A stretch of 64,000 bases of DNA from Thermoanaerobaculales bacterium (GTDB lineage Bacteria > Acidobacteriota > Thermoanaerobaculia > Thermoanaerobaculales > Sulfomarinibacteraceae), in assembly GCA_021107705.1 (NCBI GenBank), contig JAIOSJ010000129.1:7754-71753 (forward strand). Reading direction: 5' to 3'. Positions within the stretch are counted from its first letter, which is position 1. Each line of letters starts with the position of its first letter. Under the pieces are notes generated by a model that did not search any database, was not told where the DNA came from, and saw only the letters and a program-made list of their open reading frames with translations. The position numbers and the translations under genes were made by a program. Positions 43,127 to 51,386 of this stretch are shown here, in pieces.

Positions 43127-45958
43127 AGGAGACCGGGCTGGCTTCTAGGGCCTCCGCCAAGACCTGCGCAGGATGCAGGACCTCCCGGTCGGCAAGATCC
43201 CTCAATTGGTGGCGACAGGAGGTCCCCGCGGCCACAACCCGAGCGCCGGGAGGCAGGTCGTTGACCTGGTCGATCAGAGGTCGGGCAACCGCCAGAGAGA
43301 GATCCTGATTAGCGGCCATGAGACCGAAGGCGCCCGCCATTCCACAACAGCCGGTATTGAGCCGGCGCGTTTCGAGGTCCGGAACAAACTCGAGTAAACG
43401 CGTGAGCACGGGCGTGTCGGCAAGGGCGTTGGCATGGCAATGGCTGTGGACGGCCGCAACACTTTCGAGGCTACCGAGGGGCAAACGCGACGGGTCGGCA
43501 TCAAGCAGCGTCAGCACAAAATTTTCAAAGAGCACGCACCGTTCCGCCACCTGCGAGGCCCCATCGATGCCGAACTGGCGATACTCGTCGACGAACATTG
43601 ACCAGCATGAGGGTTCCAGGAAGATCACCGGCGCATCACCCATCGCCCGCAAGAGGGCGACGTTGTGTTCACCGAGGTCCCGCGCCTTCTCCAGCAGGCC
43701 GCGGCTGGCCGACGGACGACCGCAGCACTTTCGATCTTCGGCGAGGACGACCTCGAATCCCGCAGCCTCCAGCACCAACACCGCGGCACGACCGATCGCG
43801 GGCTCGTGATAGCGAACCCAGGTGTCATCCCAGAGAATGACCCTTCCCCGCCGTCCCGGTCCCTTCTCGCTCCTACGCCGGAACCACCGATCGAAACGAT
43901 CTCGGTGATAGGGTGGCAGAGAACGCCCCGCTTCCAGACCGAGCACCGCCTGCATCAAAAGCCGGACTGGACGCATACTCAGAACGGCATTGGCGAGCGG
44001 CGCCATGGCGCTGCCCAGCCGACCCAGATAATCACTCGAAGCAATCATCCGATCTGCGAGAGAGGGACCGTGAATCCGATGACGGGCCTGCAATGTCTCG
44101 GCCTTCAAGAGAGCAAGGTCCACACCCGAGGGGCATTCACGCTTGCACGCCTTGCACGAGAGGCAGCCGCCCAGGACCTCCGTCAACTCGGAACTCTCAA
44201 TGCCGCCGTCGAAACAACCCTCCAGGGCCGCACGCAGGATATTCGCCCGCCCCCGGGTCGAGAACAACTCCTCCCCGGTCGCCGCGAAGGTTGGGCACAT
44301 GGTGGGTTCATCCTTGCGGCACCCACCGCAACCGTTGCACTGTTCAAGATTACCGACGAAGCTATGATCCTTCTCGAAAAATGCGGAAATCGGAACGAAA
44401 GCCGGCGCCAACTCCGAACCCGGGCCGAGGCGCAGATCGGCATCGAGCTTCCAACGACCGGTATCGATGATCTTGCCTGGGTTCAAGACGCCGCTCGGGT
44501 CGAAGATTTCCTTGATATCCCCCATCGCCGCCGTGAGGTCAGGACCGAGATGATCCGCCAAAAACTCGGTACGGGCCAGACCGACGCCATGTTCACCGGC
44601 GAGAGACCCGTCGAATTGACGCACCAGATCGGAGACCTGCTCAGCCACCTCACGCAGCCGGGCGACATCTCCACGCGGTGGAGATCGAGGGTAGGTCGCA
44701 CATGCAACAGTCCCGATGCCGCGTGACCGTAGAAGGAAGCCTCGAGGCCGAGCGACTCGAGAATTCCTTCCATGCCGGCAACGTAGGCCGCCAGATCCCG
44801 CGGCCGCACACAGCTGTCCTCGATGATCGTCATCGGCTTGGCCGGACCCACGCAGCTTGTGACCAAGGAGAGGCCCGCCCGACGCAAATGCCACACCAGT
44901 TCCCGCTCGCCCTCGTCGGCACAAATGACGCAGCGCTCACCAATGCCCAAGCCGACCAACTCTGAGAGGCGATCATCGGCCTCGTCGAAGAATTCGACCA
45001 GGAGCAGGCTCTCGCACGGCTTCTCATCCAGCCGCAGAAACGACCGCGCAGCGGCGAAGGCCAGTCGGCCCCGGCTCTGGTCAAAAACCAACCGGTCCAG
45101 ATGTTCCACCGCTGCCGGCTCGAGTGAAACCAACTCCATCATCGCCTGCATCGCATCGGAGACCAATCGAAAGAAAACGACACCGAGGCCGCGACGCCGA
45201 GGCAGCGGCACCACCCGCAGGATCGCTGTGGTGATGATCCCGAGGGTACCCTCACTCCCGGCCATCAGGCCCGCAAGGTCCGAGGGGTCGCTCAAAAACC
45301 GTTGGAAATCGTACCCGGGACGCCTCTTCACCAGATTAGCCGGCAACCGTCTCTCGATCTCCCGGCGATGGCGCCGGACCACCTCTTCGGACTGAGTCCG
45401 CAGACCTTCGAAGCCGTCACGACCCCGACCCACCCATGCCGTCGAACCATCCGCCAGGACGACTTCGAGGGCCTCGACGTGGTCAGCGGTCGTACCGTAC
45501 ACCGGGGCGTGGGCCCCGGAAGAATTGTTCGCGATCATGCCGCCCAGGGTCGCCCGCGACGACGTCGCCACGTCCGGCCCAAACCACAGATCATGGGGTT
45601 CGAGGACCCGATTCAACTCATCCAAGATGACCCCGGCCCCGACCTCGATTGTGCGGCCCTCTGGGTCAAAAGACCTGACCTCCCACAAATGCCTTGCCAG
45701 ATCCACCACCAGACCCTCACCAAGAGCCCCGCCGGTCAATCCGGTTCCGGCGCCCCGCGGCGTGATACCAAGGCCGCTCTGGGCAGCTGCCCGAACCACA
45801 GCGGCACACTTTTCCGGATCGGCTGGAAAGGCCACCGCCCCAGGCGCCACGCGGTAGATCGAGGCATCGGTCGCATACAGCACACGAGTGAGGTCATCGA
45901 AGCGGGTGTCACAGCTGGTTGAGCTGAGAGAACGCTTCTGTGCGGAACTCACCCCCAT
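43125..45958 (-). pseudogene. FAD-linked oxidase (GlcD-like) fused to a (Fe-S) cluster/CCG-domain oxidoreductase (GlcF/GlpC-like), interrupted by one frameshift
   Basis: Track ORFs 44483..45958 (FAD-binding/oxidase part, ...FYGHAASGLLHVRPTLDLHR) and 43125..44924 (...GDVARLREVAEQVSDLVRQFDGSLAGEHGVG, then CNGCGGCRKDEPTMCP and CLSCKACKRECP) join into one protein if 1 nt is restored near 44664-44680. The total span is 2834 nt, one short of a multiple of three. Confidence 0.75.
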
Positions 45959-46021
45959 ATCTCACCATTCCTTGCTGCGGCCCAATGAATATGGGAAGAC
46001 ATGGGGAGATTGTAATGGAAC

Positions 46022-46202
46022 TAGCTCGCACTTCTCACCAACGTCCGAAGCGAAAGGTTCAAGACGCCGTGAGATTCGGTGTTCTCGCAAGATGAGCGAG
46101 AGAAGTAGTACTTGCGGTACGTCGAGCGAGCGAATCGAGAAAGCGCCGAAGATTATGGTGTATTGGGCCTTGCAGCCGGAGATTGATGAGAAATGCGGGC
46201 TA
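46022..46202 (+). mobile_element. MITE copy e (181 bp including flanking TA)
   Basis: The sequence is TA-GCTCGCACTTCTCACCAA...TTGATGAGAAATGCGGGC-TA. The right TA is part of the TAG stop (46200-46202) of the DUF2752-like gene. The element lies 64 nt upstream of the FAD/Fe-S gene start. Confidence 0.75.
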
Positions 46203-46703
46203 GATACCCGCCAAAACAAAACCCCAGTTCACGAAGAGGGCCAAGGCGAGCAGGGCGAGGCTACGATCAAGCCATTTCCCGTGACGATCTATCAATGACC
46301 GGAAAGACCTCAGCTGGAGCCAGGCCGCGTGGCGCAGGACCTGCAGTGCCACAAAGAGCATCACGACCCAGCCGAGTCGGTGATAGGACAAACTCTCGCC
46401 GAAGGCGCCACGACCGAGAGCGATCCACGAGCGGGTCAGACCACAACCCGGACATGGCGTTCCCGTAGCCCGGCGGAATGCGCATGCCACGGGAAAGCCG
46501 TCCTTATGAGAAGCAGGCATCAATGGCTCAAATACACCCAGAAACAGGGCAGCCGCCAAAGCGCCGGAGCACAGAAAAAACAAAAGGCGGTGGGTGGAGG
46601 CATGAACCTCTTCACCGCCCAATTCTTGATTAGCCAAAGGCCGGTTTGACTTCCTTGTTGAGCAGAACGACCAACGCCCAGATCCCGAAAGGGATACCGA
46701 CAC
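46200..46703 (-). CDS. DUF2752-like membrane protein (CPGCGLTR motif); start uncertain
   Basis: The protein reads ...LLFFLCSGALAAALFLGVF...ACAFRRATGTPCPGCGLTRSWIAL...GWVVMLFVALQVL. The 5' part of the track ORF overlaps the upstream gene, so the true start is probably internal (for example TTG 46622). Confidence 0.6.
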   Translation of the reverse strand: MSVSLSGSGRWSFCSTRKSNRPLANQELGGEEVHASTHRLLFFLCSGALAAALFLGVFEPLMPASHKDGFPVACAFRRATGTPCPGCGLTRSWIALGRGAFGESLSYHRLGWVVMLFVALQVLRHAAWLQLRSFRSLIDRHGKWLDRSLALLALALFVNWGFVLAGI

Positions 46704-47103
46704 AGCAAATCGAGAAGCACGGGATTATGGACAAAATGGCGGCGGTCATCGCCAAACCATAGCTCTCAAGGGCCTTCATCTTCATCGCGCCGAAGAAAAT
46801 CAAGGCGGCGATTGCGAGAACGACGATCCCACTGATGACCGAAAAGGTGCCCGACATCATGGGCGCCAACCACTCCATGCCCTCCATGCCCTCGAATTGC
46901 GACATGTCGCCGGCACCCATCAAAGAGATACCGAGCACACTGGCAAAAATGCTGAAAATCTGCATCACAAAGGTGATTCCGGCAACGATCATCAGTGAAA
47001 CAGCGGGGGCCTTGACCTTCTGCAGGGCGGCATCCTTGCTCAGACCAGGGGCAGCGTATTGCTGCGGCGGTGGATCATAGGGCGGTGGTGTGGGTGTGCT
47101 CAT
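46630..47103 (-). CDS. Small 4-TM membrane protein with Pro-rich N-terminus
   Basis: GGAGG lies 8 nt before ATG 47103. The protein reads MSTPTPPPYDPPPQQYAAPG..., has four hydrophobic segments and ends CCVGIPFGIWALVVLLNKEVKPAFG. Confidence 0.55.
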   Translation of the reverse strand: MSTPTPPPYDPPPQQYAAPGLSKDAALQKVKAPAVSLMIVAGITFVMQIFSIFASVLGISLMGAGDMSQFEGMEGMEWLAPMMSGTFSVISGIVVLAIAALIFFGAMKMKALESYGLAMTAAILSIIPCFSICCVGIPFGIWALVVLLNKEVKPAFG

Positions 47104-47154
47104 GAAAATTTCCTCCAAAGATATTGATGTTACGGCAACCAGGATACCGCGGTT

Positions 47155-47562
47155 TCACCTCAGATCAGCAGCACTGAAGGCCAGAGGCAACAATTCTTCG
47201 ACCGAGGTCTGCACTCGCTCTCCAGCAGAATTCGCCAAAATGACCGGGAAGTTGCCGAATTCACTCAAGACCTGGCGGCAGGCGCCGCAGGGTGAAACCG
47301 GGGGTGAAGCGTTCGTAAAGACCACCAGCGCATGAAATCGCGAGGCGCCGGCAGCAACCGCCGCGGCCACCGCGTGGCGTTCAGCGCACACCGAAAGCCC
47401 GTAGGAGGCGTTTTCGACATTGCAACCGGTGTACACCTCCCCGTCTTCATCCATCAGGGCGGCGCCAACCCGAAATTTCGAATAAGGGACGTGGGCGGCC
47501 GCCCGAACCCGGGAAGCCGCCACCACCAGATCTTCGATCACGTTCTGTTCCAGAGGTTTCAT
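47155..47562 (-). CDS. cdd: Cytidine deaminase (homotetrameric type)
   Basis: ATG 47562 gives 135 aa: HVPYSKFRVGAALMDEDGEVYTGCNVENASYGLSVCAERHA...PCGACRQVLSEF. The upstream part of track ORF 47155..47784 is Pro/Arg-rich junk. Confidence 0.9.
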   Translation of the reverse strand: MKPLEQNVIEDLVVAASRVRAAAHVPYSKFRVGAALMDEDGEVYTGCNVENASYGLSVCAERHAVAAAVAAGASRFHALVVFTNASPPVSPCGACRQVLSEFGNFPVILANSAGERVQTSVEELLPLAFSAADLR

Positions 47563-47584
47563 GAAGAAACTATATACCAAACGC

Positions 47585-48574
47585 TCACCGCCGTTTCGAG
47601 GATCCGGACGAACGAGAGGGCGTGGAAGAACGGCCCGACGAAGAGGATCGGCCGCCTCCGGAGGACGATCTCGCCGACGGTGAAGACCGACCGCTTCCGG
47701 AGGACGAGTTCGCCGACGGGGAAGACCGACCACTACCGGAGGACGAACTCGCCGACGAAGACGAGCGCGACGGTGAGGAGGCATTCGGCGCGCTCCCCCT
47801 TGAAGGCGTTGTCGATGTTCTCCCAGCCGAAGCCGACGGGCGGGATGAGGTGGCCCGCGGGCTCCCGGAGCTGGTCACACTCGGTCGCGATGGATAAGAA
47901 CCACGGCTCACCGCGCCCGATCTTCCGGTAGCCGACCCCACCGATCTCGGGATCACAATCGGCGCACGGCTTGATGAAGAGCTGGTTGAGGGAGTAATCG
48001 GCGTGCGCCCGGATCCGGATCCGACCATCGACCGCGAACTCGGTGCTGTCCGGCTTCCGGTGCTCGGCGCTGCACGACCAAGAACCGGAGAGCGGCTCGT
48101 GCCGGCCGGTGCGAGCGACCTGCCCGAAGACGGCGCCGTTGCCCCACCAGAACTCGAGGGAGCGCTCGTCCTCCCACTCGGTGTGCTGCGTGCCCCGGAA
48201 GAACCGACGACCGTGCCGCGGTATCCCGAAGGCGAACGATAATAGTTCGGCGCCGAGGGTCGGCTCGATGCCCGGTTCGAATCACCGGAACTCACATTTC
48301 GACTGAGAGACGGCGCTCCCGATCTTCCGGAAACAGCTGAACTGCGGCTTTCGCTCCCCGGTTCTGCCGGCCTTGAATTCCGCGCAATCATGCTTCCACC
48401 ACTCCGCGGAGTTGCTGCAGCCAGGGCCTCGTCACGACTCAGACCCCCATCACGAGCGAGGACGCGAGAAACGTCGGTATCGCTTCGCCCCTCGACCTCG
48501 CGAAAGACCCTGGTGAACTCACCGGCCGGCGCCGCTCGGCCCGGCCTTTGGGTTCGCAGAGGGCCTGAGGTCAC
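47585..48574 (-). CDS. Ser/Arg/Gly/Pro-rich low-complexity protein with 13-aa tandem repeats (strand assignment tentative)
   Basis: 329-codon ORF whose GTG start overlaps the upstream stop (GTGA). The C-terminus reads SSSGSGRSSPSAN-SSSGSGRSSPSAR-SSSGGGRSSSSGR, encoded by a ~39-bp DNA repeat (47658-47765). The antisense acidic ORF 47622..47897 is much shorter. Confidence 0.4.
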   Translation of the reverse strand: MTSGPLRTQRPGRAAPAGEFTRVFREVEGRSDTDVSRVLARDGGLSRDEALAAATPRSGGSMIARNSRPAEPGSESRSSAVSGRSGAPSLSRNVSSGDSNRASSRPSAPNYYRSPSGYRGTVVGSSGARSTPSGRTSAPSSSGGATAPSSGRSLAPAGTSRSPVLGRAAPSTGSRTAPSSRSMVGSGSGRTPITPSTSSSSSRAPIVIPRSVGSATGRSGAVSRGSYPSRPSVTSSGSPRATSSRPSASAGRTSTTPSRGSAPNASSPSRSSSSASSSSGSGRSSPSANSSSGSGRSSPSARSSSGGGRSSSSGRSSTPSRSSGSSKRR

Positions 48575-49905
48575 AACTGCGGAACCGGCCCTTGGGCTCC
48601 CGGCGCCAAAAGCGTCACTGCCGAGCGAACAATGCGCCCGATCCGCGGACTCGAGAAGTCCCGGTCCGAGACGACCGACCAGCCGTCCCCTCTGAGAGAG
48701 GAGGTTCGTGTCCGGCCCTCGATATCCAGCATCAGATCTCCGGCAGCAACCGCCCTCCCGGATCGAATTTGGGCCGAACCACCCTCACCCAAACGCGGAA
48801 CCACATTGCCGCGCGGCGGTCGCGCTTGGCCTCCACCACCGCCATGCGGCGGATAGTAACCACCGCCGTGGCCGGGATAGTGACCACCCCAACCCCAGCC
48901 GCTGCCCCACCACCAGGAGGAGTACCAACCCATCGGACACCAGCCGATCCACCCCGGAGAATGGGACCAATAGACCCAGGCAGGACTCCAGGTTCTGCCC
49001 CAACCCCAGACCCAGCCATAGGAAGGGCTGTTCCACCAACTCCCATAATGATACGGCAACCATCCCCACGGTTCGTAAGACTGCCAACACCAACCCGTCG
49101 ATGTCCAATACCAGCGACCGGAGGTGTAGGGGCGCCAGTCGCCCGACACGGTCGGCTGCCACGCCCACGTGTCGGAGTTCGAGACATAGATCCAGTTGCC
49201 GTACGAGTCGAGCTGAGAGGCTTCCCGACCATAACGGGCATCAACATATTGTGCGCTCTCTCCGATGCCGATCTGGCGCCGGCTCTGCACCCAGCGAGCG
49301 AAATCATCGCGGTCCGTGAGACGCGCCTGAACCCCGGAAACCCGTCCGCCGGACAACTCGGACGCCGATCCCGAACGGAGAACTACACCACCAACCGGGG
49401 TCTTTGCCTCGACCAGGCCCTCCCAGACCTCGACCCAGAGGCCTCCGGTCTGAAGCACCTCGACCCTGTAGACCCCAACCTCTTCGAGATAGATCGTTTC
49501 GGAACCACCATCGATTCGTGTCCGATTCGGCCGGGCGACATCCGGCAGGAGTTCGATCATGAGAACTCCGTCAGCCAGGAAGATCACGGTACGGTCGCCA
49601 CGAGTATCACGGCTGAAGGCCACCGAGTCGAGGGAGACCGAGGTGTATTCATCCAACCACAGATAACTCCCATCCGCGAGGATCGCCTCGACGCGGGCCT
49701 CACGGGCGGTATCGATTCGGTCCCCCGCCACCAGCGGCATGTTGATGGCGGCCTCGATGGTCGCCTCCTCACTCGCGGGCTGGATCGTGGCATACCTCTC
49801 GAGATAGGAGATGTAGCTCAGTGAGGTCGCATCGTCCTCTACCGAGGCCATTCCCATCAGGGGTGTCATCAGTCCAAGAACAACAACGATGAGGTTGCGA
49901 GCCAT
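48571..49905 (-). CDS. Secreted FecR-like domain protein with Trp/Gly-rich (DUF6600-like) C-terminal region
   Basis: GGGAGG precedes ATG 49905, and the signal peptide is MARNLIVVVLGLMTPLMGMA. A FecR-like beta part comes first. It is followed by YGNWIYVSNSDTWAWQPTVSGDWRPYTSGRWYWTSTGWCWQSYEPWGWLPYHYGSWW. Confidence 0.65.
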   Translation of the reverse strand: MARNLIVVVLGLMTPLMGMASVEDDATSLSYISYLERYATIQPASEEATIEAAINMPLVAGDRIDTAREARVEAILADGSYLWLDEYTSVSLDSVAFSRDTRGDRTVIFLADGVLMIELLPDVARPNRTRIDGGSETIYLEEVGVYRVEVLQTGGLWVEVWEGLVEAKTPVGGVVLRSGSASELSGGRVSGVQARLTDRDDFARWVQSRRQIGIGESAQYVDARYGREASQLDSYGNWIYVSNSDTWAWQPTVSGDWRPYTSGRWYWTSTGWCWQSYEPWGWLPYHYGSWWNSPSYGWVWGWGRTWSPAWVYWSHSPGWIGWCPMGWYSSWWWGSGWGWGGHYPGHGGGYYPPHGGGGGQARPPRGNVVPRLGEGGSAQIRSGRAVAAGDLMLDIEGRTRTSSLRGDGWSVVSDRDFSSPRIGRIVRSAVTLLAPGAQGPVPQL

Positions 49906-50078
49906 GGTGGCCTCCCTTCTGCCCCATGTTATTGCAAGGACCGTTCCAGATTGGACGAGCATTCGCAGCGGGTCAGGCCTTTCGAAAGGCATCCTGGTCC
50001 AGCGTCCTATTTGCTCAAACGCCTCTTGATTTCGAGCCGACAATGGGCTATACATAGGATAGCCCCTGGAGGTCGATA

Positions 50079-50309
50079 ATGATCACAAAAGTACAACGGT
50101 GGGGAAATAGCCAGGGACTCAGGCTGAACAAGCAGGTCTTGGAGGAAGCCCACATTTCGGTGGGCGACGAAGTAGATCTCGCCGTCCGAGGCGGCGTGAT
50201 CCTTTTGCGCCCCGTACGACGGGTTCGAGGTGGTCAGGACCTCAAGAAACTCGTTGCACAGATTCCAAAGGATTACAAACCGGGAGAGATCGATTGGGGA
50301 CAGTGTTGA
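50079..50309 (+). CDS. mazE: AbrB/MazE-family antitoxin-like protein, C-terminally short and without a cognate toxin gene
   Basis: The protein is MITKVQRWGNSQGLRLNKQVLEEAHISVGDEVDLAVRGGVILLRPV...EIDWGQC. It has the SpoVT/AbrB swapped-hairpin motif (KWGNSxxxRxP-like). Typical MazE continues a few residues past the DWG motif. No mazF-like ORF follows. Confidence 0.65.
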   Translation: MITKVQRWGNSQGLRLNKQVLEEAHISVGDEVDLAVRGGVILLRPVRRVRGGQDLKKLVAQIPKDYKPGEIDWGQC

Positions 50310-50315
50310 TCTCTT

Positions 50316-50613
50316 CCGCTGAGCCACGCTCAGCGTCGCTTTTGGGGGGCCTACACGGGTCTGCGGACTGAGCAGAAACCAGGTCAGGCCCACCGTTGGA
50401 TCCGGCAGACTCCGCAACCGTGGCGCCCTGAGGGCCGCGGCGCGAGCTTCGGCTTTTGCTGTCGCCACCTTGGGGTTGCGATCCAGTACTTCTCCCGCCA
50501 GGCGTTGCAGCTCCCGGTCGGACAGAGCCCGGACCAACCAAAGAAGTCAGAAAGAAAACGGCGATCGACAGCCCAATAATAAAACGATACTTGCTCAAGT
50601 TCTCATGTCTCAA
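50316..50613 (-). pseudogene. N-terminal remnant (~95 codons, with a frameshift) of a CzcC/TolC-family outer-membrane efflux protein
   Basis: One frame gives a signal-like (M)RHENLSKYRFIIGLSIAVFFLTSLVG. The next frame gives ALSDRELQRLAGEVLDRNPKVATAKAEARAAALRAPRLRSLPDPTVGLTWFLLSPQTRVGPPKATLSVAQR, the usual OMF N-terminal pattern. Similarity stops 6 nt from the mazE stop and the remaining ~350 codons are absent. Confidence 0.55.
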
Positions 50614-50681
50614 GCCAAACGATATCCCTCGTTCGGTTCATTGTCAAATTGACCGCCGATGGTTACAACCTCGGTCGGAAC

Positions 50682-51386
50682 TCAGCGTTCCCGCAAACGA
50701 TCCATCTCGACGGTCTGCTGCTGTTGACGAACTTTGATCAAGGTGCCTTCCGGATAAAAGCCCGAACGCAGGGTGGCATTGGGGTAGGTCACCGATCGTG
50801 GACCGAGCAGGACACCCGGATTGAGAACGGTATTGCAGCCGGTCTTGCAGCCGTCGCCGAGGACCGCGCCAAACTTGCGCAGGCCGGTGTGGATGATCTC
50901 TCCAGCCGCCCTGAAGCTCACCTCGCGACCGATGTTTTTGACGTTGGACAGGATGGTTCCGGCGCCGAGATTCACGTCCCGGCCGAGGATGGAATCCCCG
51001 ACATATGCCTGGTGGGGCGCCTTGGCGCCCGGAAAAAGGATGGACCCCTTAACCTCGGAGTGCGCGCCGACCAGGCTGCCCTCACCCAGCACCACATACT
51101 CTCGCACGTAGGCCCCAGTTCGAATAAGCACACCATCACCGATCACCGCCGGGCCGACGATCACCGCACCAGGCTCGATCCGACAGTTTTGGCCTATGGA
51201 GATCCGCTCACCCAAAAGGTGAACACCAGGATGAAGGTCGGATTCTCGGCGCCAATCCGGCCAGGCATCGACATAGGCCTTCAGGCTTTCCCCGAGAGCC
51301 GACCAAACGCCTTCGCCGGATGAGAACAACGTGGCGTGCAGCCACCCGTCAAGGCCAAAAAACCGATCGGCGGAATAATCACTCAT
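50682..51386 (-). CDS. Left-handed beta-helix (hexapeptide-repeat) transferase-like protein
   Basis: ATG 51386 gives 234 aa: MSDYSADRFFGLDGW... followed by hexapeptide-type turns (IGQNCRIEPGAVIVGPAVIGDGVLIRTGAYVREYVVLGEGSLVGAHSEV...). Its start overlaps the upstream stop by 8 nt (ATGAGTGA). Confidence 0.7.
   Translation of the reverse strand: MSDYSADRFFGLDGWLHATLFSSGEGVWSALGESLKAYVDAWPDWRRESDLHPGVHLLGERISIGQNCRIEPGAVIVGPAVIGDGVLIRTGAYVREYVVLGEGSLVGAHSEVKGSILFPGAKAPHQAYVGDSILGRDVNLGAGTILSNVKNIGREVSFRAAGEIIHTGLRKFGAVLGDGCKTGCNTVLNPGVLLGPRSVTYPNATLRSGFYPEGTLIKVRQQQQTVEMDRLRER

Noticed and set aside
43665-44726. 353-aa plus-strand ORF
   Set aside because: It is antisense to the FAD/Fe-S oxidoreductase gene.
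47622-47897. 91-aa acidic plus-strand ORF (EDRPLPEDEFADG repeats)
   Set aside because: It is the mirror image of the Ser/Arg-rich minus-strand repeats. It is much shorter, has no RBS and runs against the direction of the surrounding operon. The coding strand of this repeat region remains genuinely uncertain.
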